Shown: positions 8,283 through 17,557 of the stretch, in pieces
Layout of the letters: every line of letters begins with the position of its first letter
How positions within the stretch are numbered: the first letter of the stretch is position 1
Assembly (NCBI GenBank): GCA_963706575.1
Contig: CAVPNL010000001.1
Coordinates: 224,001-288,000 of the forward strand
Direction of reading: 5' to 3'
Origin: an uncultured delta proteobacterium
GTDB taxonomy: Bacteria; Desulfobacterota; Desulfobacteria; Desulfobacterales; JAHEIW01
Length of the DNA stretch: 64,000 bases
Translations under genes and position numbers: made by a program
The notes under the pieces: generated by a model
The model's database searches: none
What the model was told of the DNA's origin: nothing
What the model saw: only the letters and a program-made list of their open reading frames with translations

Positions 8283-9491
8283 CTAAGTTTGCTCCTGGAT
8301 CATTTGATCCATCATTTGAGCGGCTATTGTCGCAAATGCCGGATCGTTAATGTGGTGATCGGCTTCTTGAATTTGGATTTGAGGAGCGAGTTTTTCCTTA
8401 AACAGTTGCGCAAAAAACTGGTTCATGAGCGGTTCATAAAGGGGGCCGCCTGCGCGATCAGCCTCCGACCATCCCTGCAAAGGGATTAATATTTTTATAT
8501 TTGAAGGGTCTTTATTTAATTTTTCTGATAGCTGATCGGCCAGTGTTCGCGTTTCGTCTTCGTTCAGGCGAATGGCAGAGCGGAAATCATAAAAAAAGAT
8601 CTTGCGGTCTTTATACTGGTCGGGAATATTATGCCGGGTGAATTCTAAAACCGCACAATCAAGCCCCCCCGGTACGACCAGACGGGGTATCGAATGCCCC
8701 GGGACCGGCTCGAATCGCTGCGGCCCGATATCGCCGCAATATCCGTCCAGCAGATGATCGGCCAGCTCATGGGTGGCCAGGTCGAGGATGCCGTGGAAAT
8801 ACCCTTGAGCCGCAAGTTCCTCCATGGCCATGCCGCCGGTGCCGTTGGCATGGAATGCAACCACCTCGTACCCCAGCTTTTCAAGGGCTTCTTTGGTAGC
8901 CTCCGCACCAGCAGTGATGAATCCGAAAAAGGGCAGGGCAATCCGTTTTTTGGCCTCTTGAGGTTTCCAGCGGCTTTGGACCATGCCACAGATGCCTGCT
9001 GCGGCTTTATCCAGGATACGGCCCGAAACACTGTTTATACCCAGCAGGTCGGCGACACTGTGTATCATGGTGATATCTTTGGTGCCGACTGTCCGTGCCA
9101 TGTTACGGGAGGCCACGGTGGAAACCATAACTTTGGGGACACCCAACGGGAGTTCATGCATGATACTGCTGGCGATATGGGTACCGGTGCCGCCGCCGGC
9201 AGAGATCATTCCAGATATTTCACTCTCCTCATAGAGTTTTTTAATTCGGGCGCTGGCCTCATTGATCATTGCTGCAATGGCTTTATCTCTGCTTTCTTGC
9301 ACAGCCGAATTATTTTCAATAACCAATTGGTACAAGTCCAGATCTACCGGGGCCGGAGATGGATTGCCGGTGCCGACATTAACCGTTAAAACATCTACAC
9401 CCATTTGCTCAATACGATCTTTTAGAAAAATATGCTCTTCAGCCTTGGTGTCAAAAGTCCCCACCACTGCGATCTTCGGCTTAATGCTCAT
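8283..9491 (-). CDS. Tm-1-like ATP-binding protein (UPF0261)
   Basis: VVGTFDTKAEE, GGGTGT, LPLGVPKVMVSTVAS, FHANGTGGMAME, DLATHELAD, VPGGLD, HINDPAFA. Confidence 0.9.
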   Translation of the reverse strand: MSIKPKIAVVGTFDTKAEEHIFLKDRIEQMGVDVLTVNVGTGNPSPAPVDLDLYQLVIENNSAVQESRDKAIAAMINEASARIKKLYEESEISGMISAGGGTGTHIASSIMHELPLGVPKVMVSTVASRNMARTVGTKDITMIHSVADLLGINSVSGRILDKAAAGICGMVQSRWKPQEAKKRIALPFFGFITAGAEATKEALEKLGYEVVAFHANGTGGMAMEELAAQGYFHGILDLATHELADHLLDGYCGDIGPQRFEPVPGHSIPRLVVPGGLDCAVLEFTRHNIPDQYKDRKIFFYDFRSAIRLNEDETRTLADQLSEKLNKDPSNIKILIPLQGWSEADRAGGPLYEPLMNQFFAQLFKEKLAPQIQIQEADHHINDPAFATIAAQMMDQMIQEQT

Positions 9492-9523
9492 GATGCTTCA
9501 TCGTCCTCTGTTTTTTATATCCC

Positions 9524-9551
9524 AATAACGGATAACAAATAACGAATAACT
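9524..9551 (+). repeat. Heptamer tandem repeat (AATAACN) x4
   Basis: aataacg gataaca aataacg aataact; same unit family as 53059-53175. Confidence 0.7.
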
Positions 9552-9557
9552 ACTAGT

Positions 9558-10037
9558 CTAAATTTCATTTAGACGATAGAATCCATCTTTATGCCAGACG
9601 AGCGGAGGATTGCCCGTATCGTTCTGATTAACCACCCGCCCGATGAAAAGGTGGTACCCTTTTATTTCATTTGAACTCTCGACCTCACATTCCATCCAGG
9701 CGGCCGCCCCCTCCGGGACCAGGGCCGCACTGCCGGCCCCCGGTTTTGCCTTAATGGCAAAGCGCTCAAACTTATCGGTGATTAGGCCCTTGGCGCTGCC
9801 CACCTGCATGGCCAATTGTTTTTGGCCATCTCCGGCGATGACGAGCGTAAACCTGCCGGCCTCTATAATTAATTTTTCGGTCAGGTGACCTTTAGCTACA
9901 CTGATAACCAGCAGTGGTTCTTTTTCCGACACAAACATAGCGGTAGCCGTCATGATATCTCTTTCGCCTTCATGGGCAGTGCTGACGAACACCACCGAAC
10001 ACGGCAGCCAGTAGAATACATTGTTTTCTTTATTCAT
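9558..10037 (-). CDS. Flavin reductase-like / flavoredoxin FMN-binding protein
   Basis: P.SVVFVST, SEKEPLLVISV, AWMECEV, HLFIGRVV, PLVW. Confidence 0.85.
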   Translation of the reverse strand: MNKENNVFYWLPCSVVFVSTAHEGERDIMTATAMFVSEKEPLLVISVAKGHLTEKLIIEAGRFTLVIAGDGQKQLAMQVGSAKGLITDKFERFAIKAKPGAGSAALVPEGAAAWMECEVESSNEIKGYHLFIGRVVNQNDTGNPPLVWHKDGFYRLNEI

Positions 10038-10041
10038 TTTT

Positions 10042-11166
10042 TTACCTCAGCAGATATCTGGAAATTAGCAGTTTTTGGATCTCTTCGGTCCCTTCCTCGA
10101 AATGATACGAGCGCGCATCCCGAAAATGGCGCTCAATCGGATAGGCCCGTGTGTAACCGATGCCGCCGTGTATTCGCAGAGCCATTTCCGATACGCGGGT
10201 CAAAACTTGCTCCGCGAAAAGTTTTGCCATGGCGGCTTCTTTAACGATATCCATGCCCTGATCGAACTTCCAGGCCGCTTCATATGCCAGCAGACGGGCA
10301 GCCTGGATTTCGGTGCCCATCTGGGCGATGTTGTTTTGAATGGCCTGCCGTTTGGCAAGCAGCTTGCCAAAGGTCGTTCTTTGTTTGGCATAATCAATTG
10401 CCAGATCCAGCATGCGTTGGGCTAACCCGACGCAGCAAAACGCAATGGAGACCCGGCTCAGGTGCAGCATGCCAAAGGCCACCTCCAAACCCTTGCCCTT
10501 TTCACCCAGGATGTTGGCGGCGGGTACCCGGCAATTTTTGTAAATCACATTGTAGTGCCGTGGCCCCACGCAGCCCATCATCTTTTCCATGGGCTTAAGC
10601 ACCACCCCGTCACATGGCAGGTCAATTAAAAAGGAAGTAATGCCTTCTTCGGTGGCTGCAAACGCATAGATGAGTTTGGTGTAGCCCGGAAATAGGGTTA
10701 TGAGCCACTTGTGGCCGTTTAGAATATAAGCGTCGCCATCTTTTTGGGCCTTGGAGTTGATATCTTTGCCGGTGCCGGCTTCGGGCTCGGTCAAGCTGTT
10801 GGCTGCCCAGATCTTGCCGGATGCCAGCTGCGGTAAATACTTCTCTTTTTGTTCTTCGGTTCCAAAATGCAGGATCGGCCGCCAGAACAAACCATTCATG
10901 GTGTGTGCGATCAATCTAACCGTTGCATAGGCTTTGGCCAACTCTTCAAGAACCGGAAACCACTCCACCGCACTCCATCCCTGACCCCCGTATTCCTGCG
11001 GAATGGTAAGGCCGAAGAATCTTCCCTTTTTGAGTTCTGCCACCAACTCATCGGGCAGCTTTTCATCTTCTTCCAGTGGTTTCGACAGGGGGTCTAAAAC
11101 ATTTTCCACCCACTCGCGGGCTTCTTCTTTGTATTTTAGAATTTCATCGGACAGACTAAAATCCAT
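10042..11166 (-). CDS. Acyl-CoA dehydrogenase
   Basis: IPQEYGG, SLTEPEAGT, LNGHKWLIT, YAKQRTTFGK, IHGGIGY, ERHFRDAR..EEGTEEIQ; AGGAGA RBS. Confidence 0.95.
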   Translation of the reverse strand: MDFSLSDEILKYKEEAREWVENVLDPLSKPLEEDEKLPDELVAELKKGRFFGLTIPQEYGGQGWSAVEWFPVLEELAKAYATVRLIAHTMNGLFWRPILHFGTEEQKEKYLPQLASGKIWAANSLTEPEAGTGKDINSKAQKDGDAYILNGHKWLITLFPGYTKLIYAFAATEEGITSFLIDLPCDGVVLKPMEKMMGCVGPRHYNVIYKNCRVPAANILGEKGKGLEVAFGMLHLSRVSIAFCCVGLAQRMLDLAIDYAKQRTTFGKLLAKRQAIQNNIAQMGTEIQAARLLAYEAAWKFDQGMDIVKEAAMAKLFAEQVLTRVSEMALRIHGGIGYTRAYPIERHFRDARSYHFEEGTEEIQKLLISRYLLR

Positions 11167-11186
11167 ATGCATCTCCTTTTCACAAT

Positions 11187-11948
11187 TTAGCCAATCATTG
11201 TCAGGCCGCCGTCAATACTCAGAACCTGACCGGTTAGATATCTTGAATCATCGCTGACAAAAAAGGCGACCACATCCGCCACGTCTTCGGGTTCGCCCAG
11301 GCGCCTGAGCGGGATTACGCGTGTCACCGCCTCGGTGTATTTTTGACCCTTTTCGCCCGAATGCAGGTTGTCCCAGAGATCGGTATTCACCGGACCCGGG
11401 CTGACGCAGTTTACCCGGATGTTGTAACGAGCCAATTCTTTGGCCAGCGCTTTGGAGCTGGCCATGATGGCCGCCTTGGTGCCGCAATAAAGGACCTCAC
11501 CGGGGTTGCCGATTCTTCCCGCGTCTGAGCCCAGGCTCACGATATTGCCGCTTTTTTGTTCTACCATGATGGGGATGCAAACATGTGAAGCAATCAGAAA
11601 ACTTTTGTAATTCACATTAATCATTTTTTCCCATAAATCTTCAGCGGTCTCCACAAAGTAGCGGGATTCATCGATCCCGGCATTGTTGATCAGAATGTCA
11701 ACAGATCCCCACTCCTGGTGGATTTTTTCCACCGATTTTTTAACGGTGGCATAATCCGTGACATCGCAGGCAAGCGGGATGGCCTCGACGCCGAATTTGC
11801 GAATTTCTCCGGCAACTTTAAGCCCCAGATCCTTCTGAAGGTTTAAGACAGCCACATTGGCACCATCTTTTGCCAGCCGCAGGGCAATCGCGCGCCCGAT
11901 TCCGCGGGACCCGCCGGTCACAATCGCTGTTTTTCCTTTTAATCCCAT
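11187..11948 (-). CDS. SDR dehydrogenase, BadH-like (2-hydroxycyclohexanecarboxyl-CoA dehydrogenase type)
   Basis: TGGSRGIG, NNAG, GSDAGRIG..GE.LYCGTK and C-terminal TGQVLSIDGGLTMIG resemble the BadH subfamily. Confidence 0.8.
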   Translation of the reverse strand: MGLKGKTAIVTGGSRGIGRAIALRLAKDGANVAVLNLQKDLGLKVAGEIRKFGVEAIPLACDVTDYATVKKSVEKIHQEWGSVDILINNAGIDESRYFVETAEDLWEKMINVNYKSFLIASHVCIPIMVEQKSGNIVSLGSDAGRIGNPGEVLYCGTKAAIMASSKALAKELARYNIRVNCVSPGPVNTDLWDNLHSGEKGQKYTEAVTRVIPLRRLGEPEDVADVVAFFVSDDSRYLTGQVLSIDGGLTMIG

Positions 11949-12010
11949 AGTTGAAACCTTTCTAGATTCAAAATTTGTAAGGTTTTACGCATCGCATCTC
12001 AGAAAAGAAT

Positions 12011-13201
12011 TTAGGCCGATTTGGCGCCTTTGGGCAGAGCGCTCGGTCGGGCTATTTTTTTTGTAAACGGCGCAGGCGCTGCCAGCTTCCCTTCAGGCCA
12101 CCGGGAACAGTTCACCTTTTCCATCCTTGAGTCGGCCTCCAGGCACCAGTTACAGGCTGTACAGGGTACGATCTCCTTTGCCTTCCCTTCGAGGGCCTTT
12201 TGAGGCCAATCCGGATCGCAGAGCAATGCGCGACACAGTCCAATAATTTCCGCCTTTTCCTGCTGCAGGATCTCTTCAGCCATTTTGGGAGTGCGGATCT
12301 TGCCGGCCGTTACAATCGGAGTGTTAAAGCCGGCCTTATTAACTGCTTTTTTTATGCCTTCGGCCAGATAGACATGGGTTGCGTCAGGAAACCACCACGT
12401 CGGGCTCATCCGATGACCGCTATAACCGGACATGGGATCCGGAGGTGTGTTTTCAGGAGGAGGAGGTGCATCTTCGAATCTGCTGCCGCCCGACACGCTG
12501 ATGTAGTCGGCTCCCAGCTCAGCGAATTTTTTGGCAACCTGTGTGCTTTGAAGCAAGGTTGTTCCCGGAGCTGTGAAATCCTCACCATTTATTCTAATGC
12601 CAAGGGGATAATGCTCGCCGACAACCTGACGCGCCGCTTTATAAACTTCTATCGGTAACCGCATTCGCCTGTTCAAACCACCCCCATAGTCATCCGTTCT
12701 GTCATTTGATAACGAAAGAAATGAAGATAGGCTATAGGCGTGGGCCATATGGAGTTCGATAAATTCAAAACCTGCTTTTAAGGCGCGCTCTGCAGCGTCT
12801 GCATGTTGGCGCACAATAATCGGAAGATCTTCGGGTTTGAAATCCGAAACTTTTTGTCTCCAACCGCTTCTGGCGATCTTCAAGAAATGCATGATTTGGA
12901 TCCCGATTTTGGTATCCGGATTCACCTCACGAACGCTTCGAACAAGATCTTCTAATTCTTTGGTAAAACTATCATCACTGATACGCAGATTATACGAGCT
13001 CCGTGAGGGCAAAACCACCGCCGCTTCCACGACTAAAGAACCCACACCGCCATTTGCTTCCCGTCGATATCTGGCGATGAGATCATCTGTGACGTGACCG
13101 TCTTCTGTGGCCAATCCGGAAACCATTGAAGTCCGCATGATTCTGTTAGGAAATGTCACGCCCTTCAGATTAATTTTCGAAAAGAGGTTTTCATATTTCA
13201 T
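12011..13201 (-). CDS. Old-Yellow-Enzyme-family flavin oxidoreductase with C-terminal [4Fe-4S] motif and no FAD/NAD domain
   Basis: NRIMRTSM, ELHMAHAYSLSSFLS..NDRTDDYGG, RALLCDPDWPQK, CTACNWC-x11-C; 396 aa. Confidence 0.9.
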   Translation of the reverse strand: MKYENLFSKINLKGVTFPNRIMRTSMVSGLATEDGHVTDDLIARYRREANGGVGSLVVEAAVVLPSRSSYNLRISDDSFTKELEDLVRSVREVNPDTKIGIQIMHFLKIARSGWRQKVSDFKPEDLPIIVRQHADAAERALKAGFEFIELHMAHAYSLSSFLSLSNDRTDDYGGGLNRRMRLPIEVYKAARQVVGEHYPLGIRINGEDFTAPGTTLLQSTQVAKKFAELGADYISVSGGSRFEDAPPPPENTPPDPMSGYSGHRMSPTWWFPDATHVYLAEGIKKAVNKAGFNTPIVTAGKIRTPKMAEEILQQEKAEIIGLCRALLCDPDWPQKALEGKAKEIVPCTACNWCLEADSRMEKVNCSRWPEGKLAAPAPFTKKIARPSALPKGAKSA

Positions 13202-13232
13202 TTCGAATTCCTTTCGTTCTCCGATCGATCGA

Positions 13233-14888
13233 TCATTCTAACGCTTCTACTTTTAGCTTTTCTTCTATATCTTTTTTAAGAATCTTTTTATCCGCCTTCC
13301 CTGCAGCAGTCAATGGTATCTCGCTCACAAAAATTGTCCTTTCAGGATAGTGTATTTTAGCAGCCTCCAGCGTCTTTAAGTGGTCAAGAATTTCCTCATG
13401 GGAGAGCTTTGTCCCTTTTACGAGTTTAACATAGGCACAGATTTTCTCACCTAAATCCGGATCCGGCATGCCGACCACGGCCACGTATTCCACCTTTGAA
13501 TGCGAAGAAATGAGATCCTCAACATCGCGGGCCGCAATGTTCTCACCACCCCGGATAATGATATCCTTTATGCGGCCGGTAATCCGTACATTGCCGCCTT
13601 CATCCACGGTTGCGAGATCACCGGTGCGAAAGTAGCCATCAGGTGTAAATTCTTTCTTATTCGCATCCGGATTTTTCAGGTACCCTGTAAAAACTCCCGG
13701 GCCCTTGGCGCTCAACTCTCCCTCGACCCCTGTAGGGCATGGATTCCCATCCTCGTCAAGGGTTACGAATTCATCATAGGGGCAGCAAGGACGGCCGATA
13801 GTACCCCGTCTTACCTCCACAGGGTCTTCCGGACGGGACTGGGACAACGGGCCTTCCACCATACCGAAGGCATTAATATAACGGGCTTTGATTTTTTCTT
13901 CCACCGCCGTCACCAGCTCGGGTGGGCTGTTGGCGGCACCCACGTAAATTTTCTTTAAGGAGCTTAAGTCATAATCAGCCAGGTTCTCGAACTTGACAAT
14001 CCGGCTAATCAGTGTGGGAACAAGTCCTGTGCAGGATATTTTTTCATCCTGCACGATTTGGCAGAAATCCCGGGGATAGGTGGAATCCAGCATTACTATG
14101 GTGGCACCGTGGAATACTGGACCGGTTATGCAGACAAGCAATGCCAGGTTGTGCCCCACGGGCGTTGCCACCAGACAGGTGTCGGTGACATTCATATGCC
14201 AGGCGCGCGATTTGTACTCTATATTGCAGATATAGTCGTTGTGAGTTCTGGGGGCGCCTTTAGGCAGTCCAGTCGTACCGCCGGACGGTAGGATCTGACA
14301 GACATCGCGAGGATCCGGACGTGATCCTTCCAATACGGCCCGGATGTCCTGATCCATAGAAACGGGCTGAATCAGGTCATCGAGCCTCAGATAGCCCTCA
14401 GGTGTTTTCTGTCCTGCAAGAATGACCTTATCCAATCCTGCGGTTTTTTTCATCGTCTGCCGGATTATAGGTAAATAGTCCATCTTGCGGTAATGATCGG
14501 GCAGAATCCAACCTTTCGGCCGGGTAAGCTCGGCCAGATGGGCAATTTCCCTGGCGGTATGATTTACGGTGAGAGGCACCATAATCAAACCGGCTTTTTG
14601 CAGTGCAAAATAGGAGATTACGAATTCCGGCCAATTGGGGAGTTGAAGCAGAACGCGATCTCCGGCTCTAAATCCTGCCTGCAGCATCCTGTAGGCCATC
14701 GTATCGACCCGGCGACGAAGCTGGGCGTAGGTATAACGTACGCCGGATCCTACCAGAGCATCCTTTTGGGGATAAAGATCGCTGGCTTTATCGACCATGT
14801 CTCCCAGTGTCATTCCCAGCCACCATCGCTTTTTCTCATAGATGTCGGCAGCTGTGGAATCGTATGGGATAAAGCCTTCCAGGTTCAT
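13233..14888 (-). CDS. AMP-forming aryl-acid ligase (DhbE/EntE-like), probably a CoA ligase
   Basis: QLPNWPEF, SGGTTGLPKGAPRTHNDY, FGMVEG, GYFRTGD, GRIKDIIIRGGENI, AGKADKK. Confidence 0.9.
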   Translation of the reverse strand: MNLEGFIPYDSTAADIYEKKRWWLGMTLGDMVDKASDLYPQKDALVGSGVRYTYAQLRRRVDTMAYRMLQAGFRAGDRVLLQLPNWPEFVISYFALQKAGLIMVPLTVNHTAREIAHLAELTRPKGWILPDHYRKMDYLPIIRQTMKKTAGLDKVILAGQKTPEGYLRLDDLIQPVSMDQDIRAVLEGSRPDPRDVCQILPSGGTTGLPKGAPRTHNDYICNIEYKSRAWHMNVTDTCLVATPVGHNLALLVCITGPVFHGATIVMLDSTYPRDFCQIVQDEKISCTGLVPTLISRIVKFENLADYDLSSLKKIYVGAANSPPELVTAVEEKIKARYINAFGMVEGPLSQSRPEDPVEVRRGTIGRPCCPYDEFVTLDEDGNPCPTGVEGELSAKGPGVFTGYLKNPDANKKEFTPDGYFRTGDLATVDEGGNVRITGRIKDIIIRGGENIAARDVEDLISSHSKVEYVAVVGMPDPDLGEKICAYVKLVKGTKLSHEEILDHLKTLEAAKIHYPERTIFVSEIPLTAAGKADKKILKKDIEEKLKVEALE

Positions 14889-15141
14889 AAAGGCCTCCTT
14901 ATTATTACCTGTTTGGTCCTCTTTTCAGAAGAATGAAACGTATCAATAAAGATCGATTTCTGCAAGCCTGGTCTTGTTCTTATGCCTGCCATCCACTTAT
15001 GATATTGTCTATAACCGTCCCAAAATGTATCTAAGGTTAATAGGTTGAGTCTGTTCAAAATAGAAAAATGTCTGATTTTTTTTCCGGTTAACCGGCAAAA
15101 CGGGAAAACAGGCTCAATCTGGAAAGTGACATGGCCTAATC

Positions 15142-15288
15142 TAGAACCCATCTCAAAAATGTCTTTTGGCCCCATATCTTTGTTGGTGCCTCGCTTTAAA
15201 TCCTCGACATACAACAAGTATGCCTCCGGTTTAAAGGTCGGCCCCGCCGCAATCTTGAACCAAAATCCTATTTTTGAGATGGGTTCTA
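15142..15288. mobile_element. MITE-like element, family B, copy 1
   Basis: Perfect 19-bp terminal inverted repeat TAGAACCCATCTCAAAAAT (terminal TA may be a target duplication); close copy at 34022-34167. Confidence 0.85.
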
Positions 15289-15348
15289 ATTGACTTTTAA
15301 GATTATAGTTGCTTTATTTTATCATTACCTAAGGTGAGTCAATTTGCG

Positions 15349-16011
15349 ATGAAAGAGTGGATCAAAATTGAAAGGATACCGGGTGTTCTGGCCAGCGCTT
15401 ATGTGAAGGCCACCAGAATGGTAATCGAAAGCTATTATCGCCCGGTGGCTCGAGAGATTGCCGCCAATTTAAACCAAGGTACCATTTTAGACCTGGGCAC
15501 TGGTCCGGGTTATTTGCCGGTCGAAATAGTAAAAAGATCCCCAACGATAAACGTTATTGGGGTTGACCTCAGTCGTAAATTAATTGAAATGGCGCGTTTA
15601 AATGCCGTAAAAGCAGACCTGACGGAGCGTCTTACTTTTAAAGATGGAAACGCCGGCAGATTGGAGTTTGCAGATTCATCCTTTGATATGGTCATCAGTA
15701 CCGGCATGCTGCATTCACTCAAGGAACCGGTCAACGTTTTGCAGGAAATTTACCGGGTGCTAAAAACGGACAGAGAAGCATGGATTTTTGATCCGGCCAA
15801 AGTGGCATCTGCAGTGGACCGCCAGAGATGGAAGGAATCTCTGAATTTGCGGGAACGATTTTTTCTTTGGCTTTTTCAATTATTCGGTTTACATAAGCCG
15901 ATTAAAGCCTATACCCGTGAGCAGGCGATTGCTCTGATCGAAAAAACAGATTTTAAAAATTACCAGATTGATGCGCGCGACAACGAAATCAGAATAAAAT
16001 TGCGAAAATAA
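15349..16011 (+). CDS. Class I SAM-dependent methyltransferase
   Basis: ILDLGTGPG, GVDLS, FADSSFDMVIS, LQEIYRVLK. Confidence 0.9.
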   Translation: MKEWIKIERIPGVLASAYVKATRMVIESYYRPVAREIAANLNQGTILDLGTGPGYLPVEIVKRSPTINVIGVDLSRKLIEMARLNAVKADLTERLTFKDGNAGRLEFADSSFDMVISTGMLHSLKEPVNVLQEIYRVLKTDREAWIFDPAKVASAVDRQRWKESLNLRERFFLWLFQLFGLHKPIKAYTREQAIALIEKTDFKNYQIDARDNEIRIKLRK

Positions 16012-16071
16012 TAATCAATGCTTTATTAAAAATTTGTATTAGTATTTGCGGCTTTCCATGAGGTTACCCAA

Positions 16072-16398
16072 ATGCATACTTATAAAAAAATATACGAGTT
16101 TGCCGCCGCCGCCGGTGCCTTTGAAGGATATGTTTATCAAAGATCTAAAGCAGAAATCGACACCGAAGCATTGTACAGCTGGGTGGATAATCTGATCGGT
16201 GCTTATGAAAATCTGACTTCTGAGGCTCGAGACGAATGTCAATCTTCAATTGACCAGACCCTTGGCAGAGCAATCAAATCCCTTGGCCTCCTATTCGATG
16301 ATCGAAACGCTCTTATCAACAAACTGCAGAAAATTGTAAAGGGTGAATTGCCTGGAAGCCCGGATGATTTTCAAAAAGAAAAATGGTTTCAAGAATAA
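16072..16398 (+). CDS. Hypothetical protein, predicted all-helical
   Basis: 108-aa ORF with GAGG RBS inside a same-strand gene run. Confidence 0.7.
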   Translation: MHTYKKIYEFAAAAGAFEGYVYQRSKAEIDTEALYSWVDNLIGAYENLTSEARDECQSSIDQTLGRAIKSLGLLFDDRNALINKLQKIVKGELPGSPDDFQKEKWFQE

Positions 16399-16412
16399 AT
16401 TTTGGGGCTTTG

Positions 16413-16811
16413 ATGGCAGAAGATCTGGTTATAACCGGGAAAATTATCAGCGGGGCGGGCGAGGGCGCATATTTTACACAGATCGGCTGGGTTCAGCAGC
16501 AATGTGATGAAAAGCTGGGCTTTAAACCCTATCCAGGGACGCTTAACCTGGAAATTTCAGAAGAATTTCTTCCAGCCATTGAAACTCTGGATCAGAAAAA
16601 GGGGATTGGGCTGATCTCCCCTGACCCCAAATATTGCAATGCCATGGTTTTTCAGGTTTCCTTGGGAGACATTCGCGGCGCGATTATCCTGCCCGAAGAA
16701 AAGGTAAGGATTCATCCTAAAAACATTATTGAGATTATTGCTCCCCTGAACCTAAAAGCAGCTCTTAATTTGAATGATGGTGATTCTCTGAAGATCACTA
16801 TCATCCATTAA
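16413..16811 (+). CDS. ribK: CTP-dependent riboflavin kinase, archaeal type (DUF120)
   Basis: GKIISGAGEGAYF, KLGFKPYPGTLNL, H..IIEIIAP.NLK..L.L.DGD. Confidence 0.9.
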   Translation: MAEDLVITGKIISGAGEGAYFTQIGWVQQQCDEKLGFKPYPGTLNLEISEEFLPAIETLDQKKGIGLISPDPKYCNAMVFQVSLGDIRGAIILPEEKVRIHPKNIIEIIAPLNLKAALNLNDGDSLKITIIH

Positions 16812-16867
16812 CAAGATGCGGTCGGGTAAACGGACCAACGGACGAACAGGCTTAACTTAGGTATATT

Positions 16868-17557
16868 ATGTCTTATAAACAGAAGAAGCTAAAAGTGGCA
16901 GCCGTGATATTTGATCTGGATGGAACCCTGATCGATTCGATCGACATTTATTTCTCAATCGTTGAAGAAGCATTGGCGAGACTCAATTTGCCTGCAGTTT
17001 CACGCAGTCGAATCCTGGCAGCGGCAGAAAGTGAGGATTTTAAATGGGAGCTCGTTTTGCCGCAAGACGTCTTGCACCGCAAAGAAAAAATTATCGATGA
17101 GGCCTGGGCGGTGATTAACGAGATCGCACCGCAGATGTTTGCGGACAACCTGGATTTAATCCAGGGGGCGGGAGGTACTGTTGAAAATTTGTCTTCAAAA
17201 GGATTGAAGATTGGTCTGGTTACCTCAACTCAGCGGCAGTATTTGGAAACGAAGATGCAGCCATTGAAAAATGCCGGTGTCGACACATTGTTTGATGTCA
17301 TTATCACAAGCGATGACGTTGAAAAAAGAAAACCGGCTCCCGACCCGCTTATTGCTTGTGCACAACAGCTCGACCTGAAACCGGACAACTGTGTTTATGT
17401 CGGCGATACCACGACCGACATTAGGGCCGGCAAGGCAGCCGGTATGTGGACAGTTAGTGTTCTAACCGGTTTTGATGAATATGAGGCCCTTGAAACAGAA
17501 AATCCGGATGCCATTATAAAAGACGTTCAAAATTTGCTGGAAGTAATTGAAGTCTAG
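16868..17557 (+). CDS. HAD-superfamily phosphatase
   Basis: FDLDGTLIDS, VTS, KPAPDP, YVGDTTTDIRAGKAAGM. Confidence 0.9.
   Translation: MSYKQKKLKVAAVIFDLDGTLIDSIDIYFSIVEEALARLNLPAVSRSRILAAAESEDFKWELVLPQDVLHRKEKIIDEAWAVINEIAPQMFADNLDLIQGAGGTVENLSSKGLKIGLVTSTQRQYLETKMQPLKNAGVDTLFDVIITSDDVEKRKPAPDPLIACAQQLDLKPDNCVYVGDTTTDIRAGKAAGMWTVSVLTGFDEYEALETENPDAIIKDVQNLLEVIEV

Noticed and set aside
14885..15293. ORFs 14885-15217 (-), 15045-15293 (+) and the similar 33945-34142 (-)
   Set aside because: The shared peptide (LYVEDxKRG..DxGPKDIFExGS) is simply the translated family B element.
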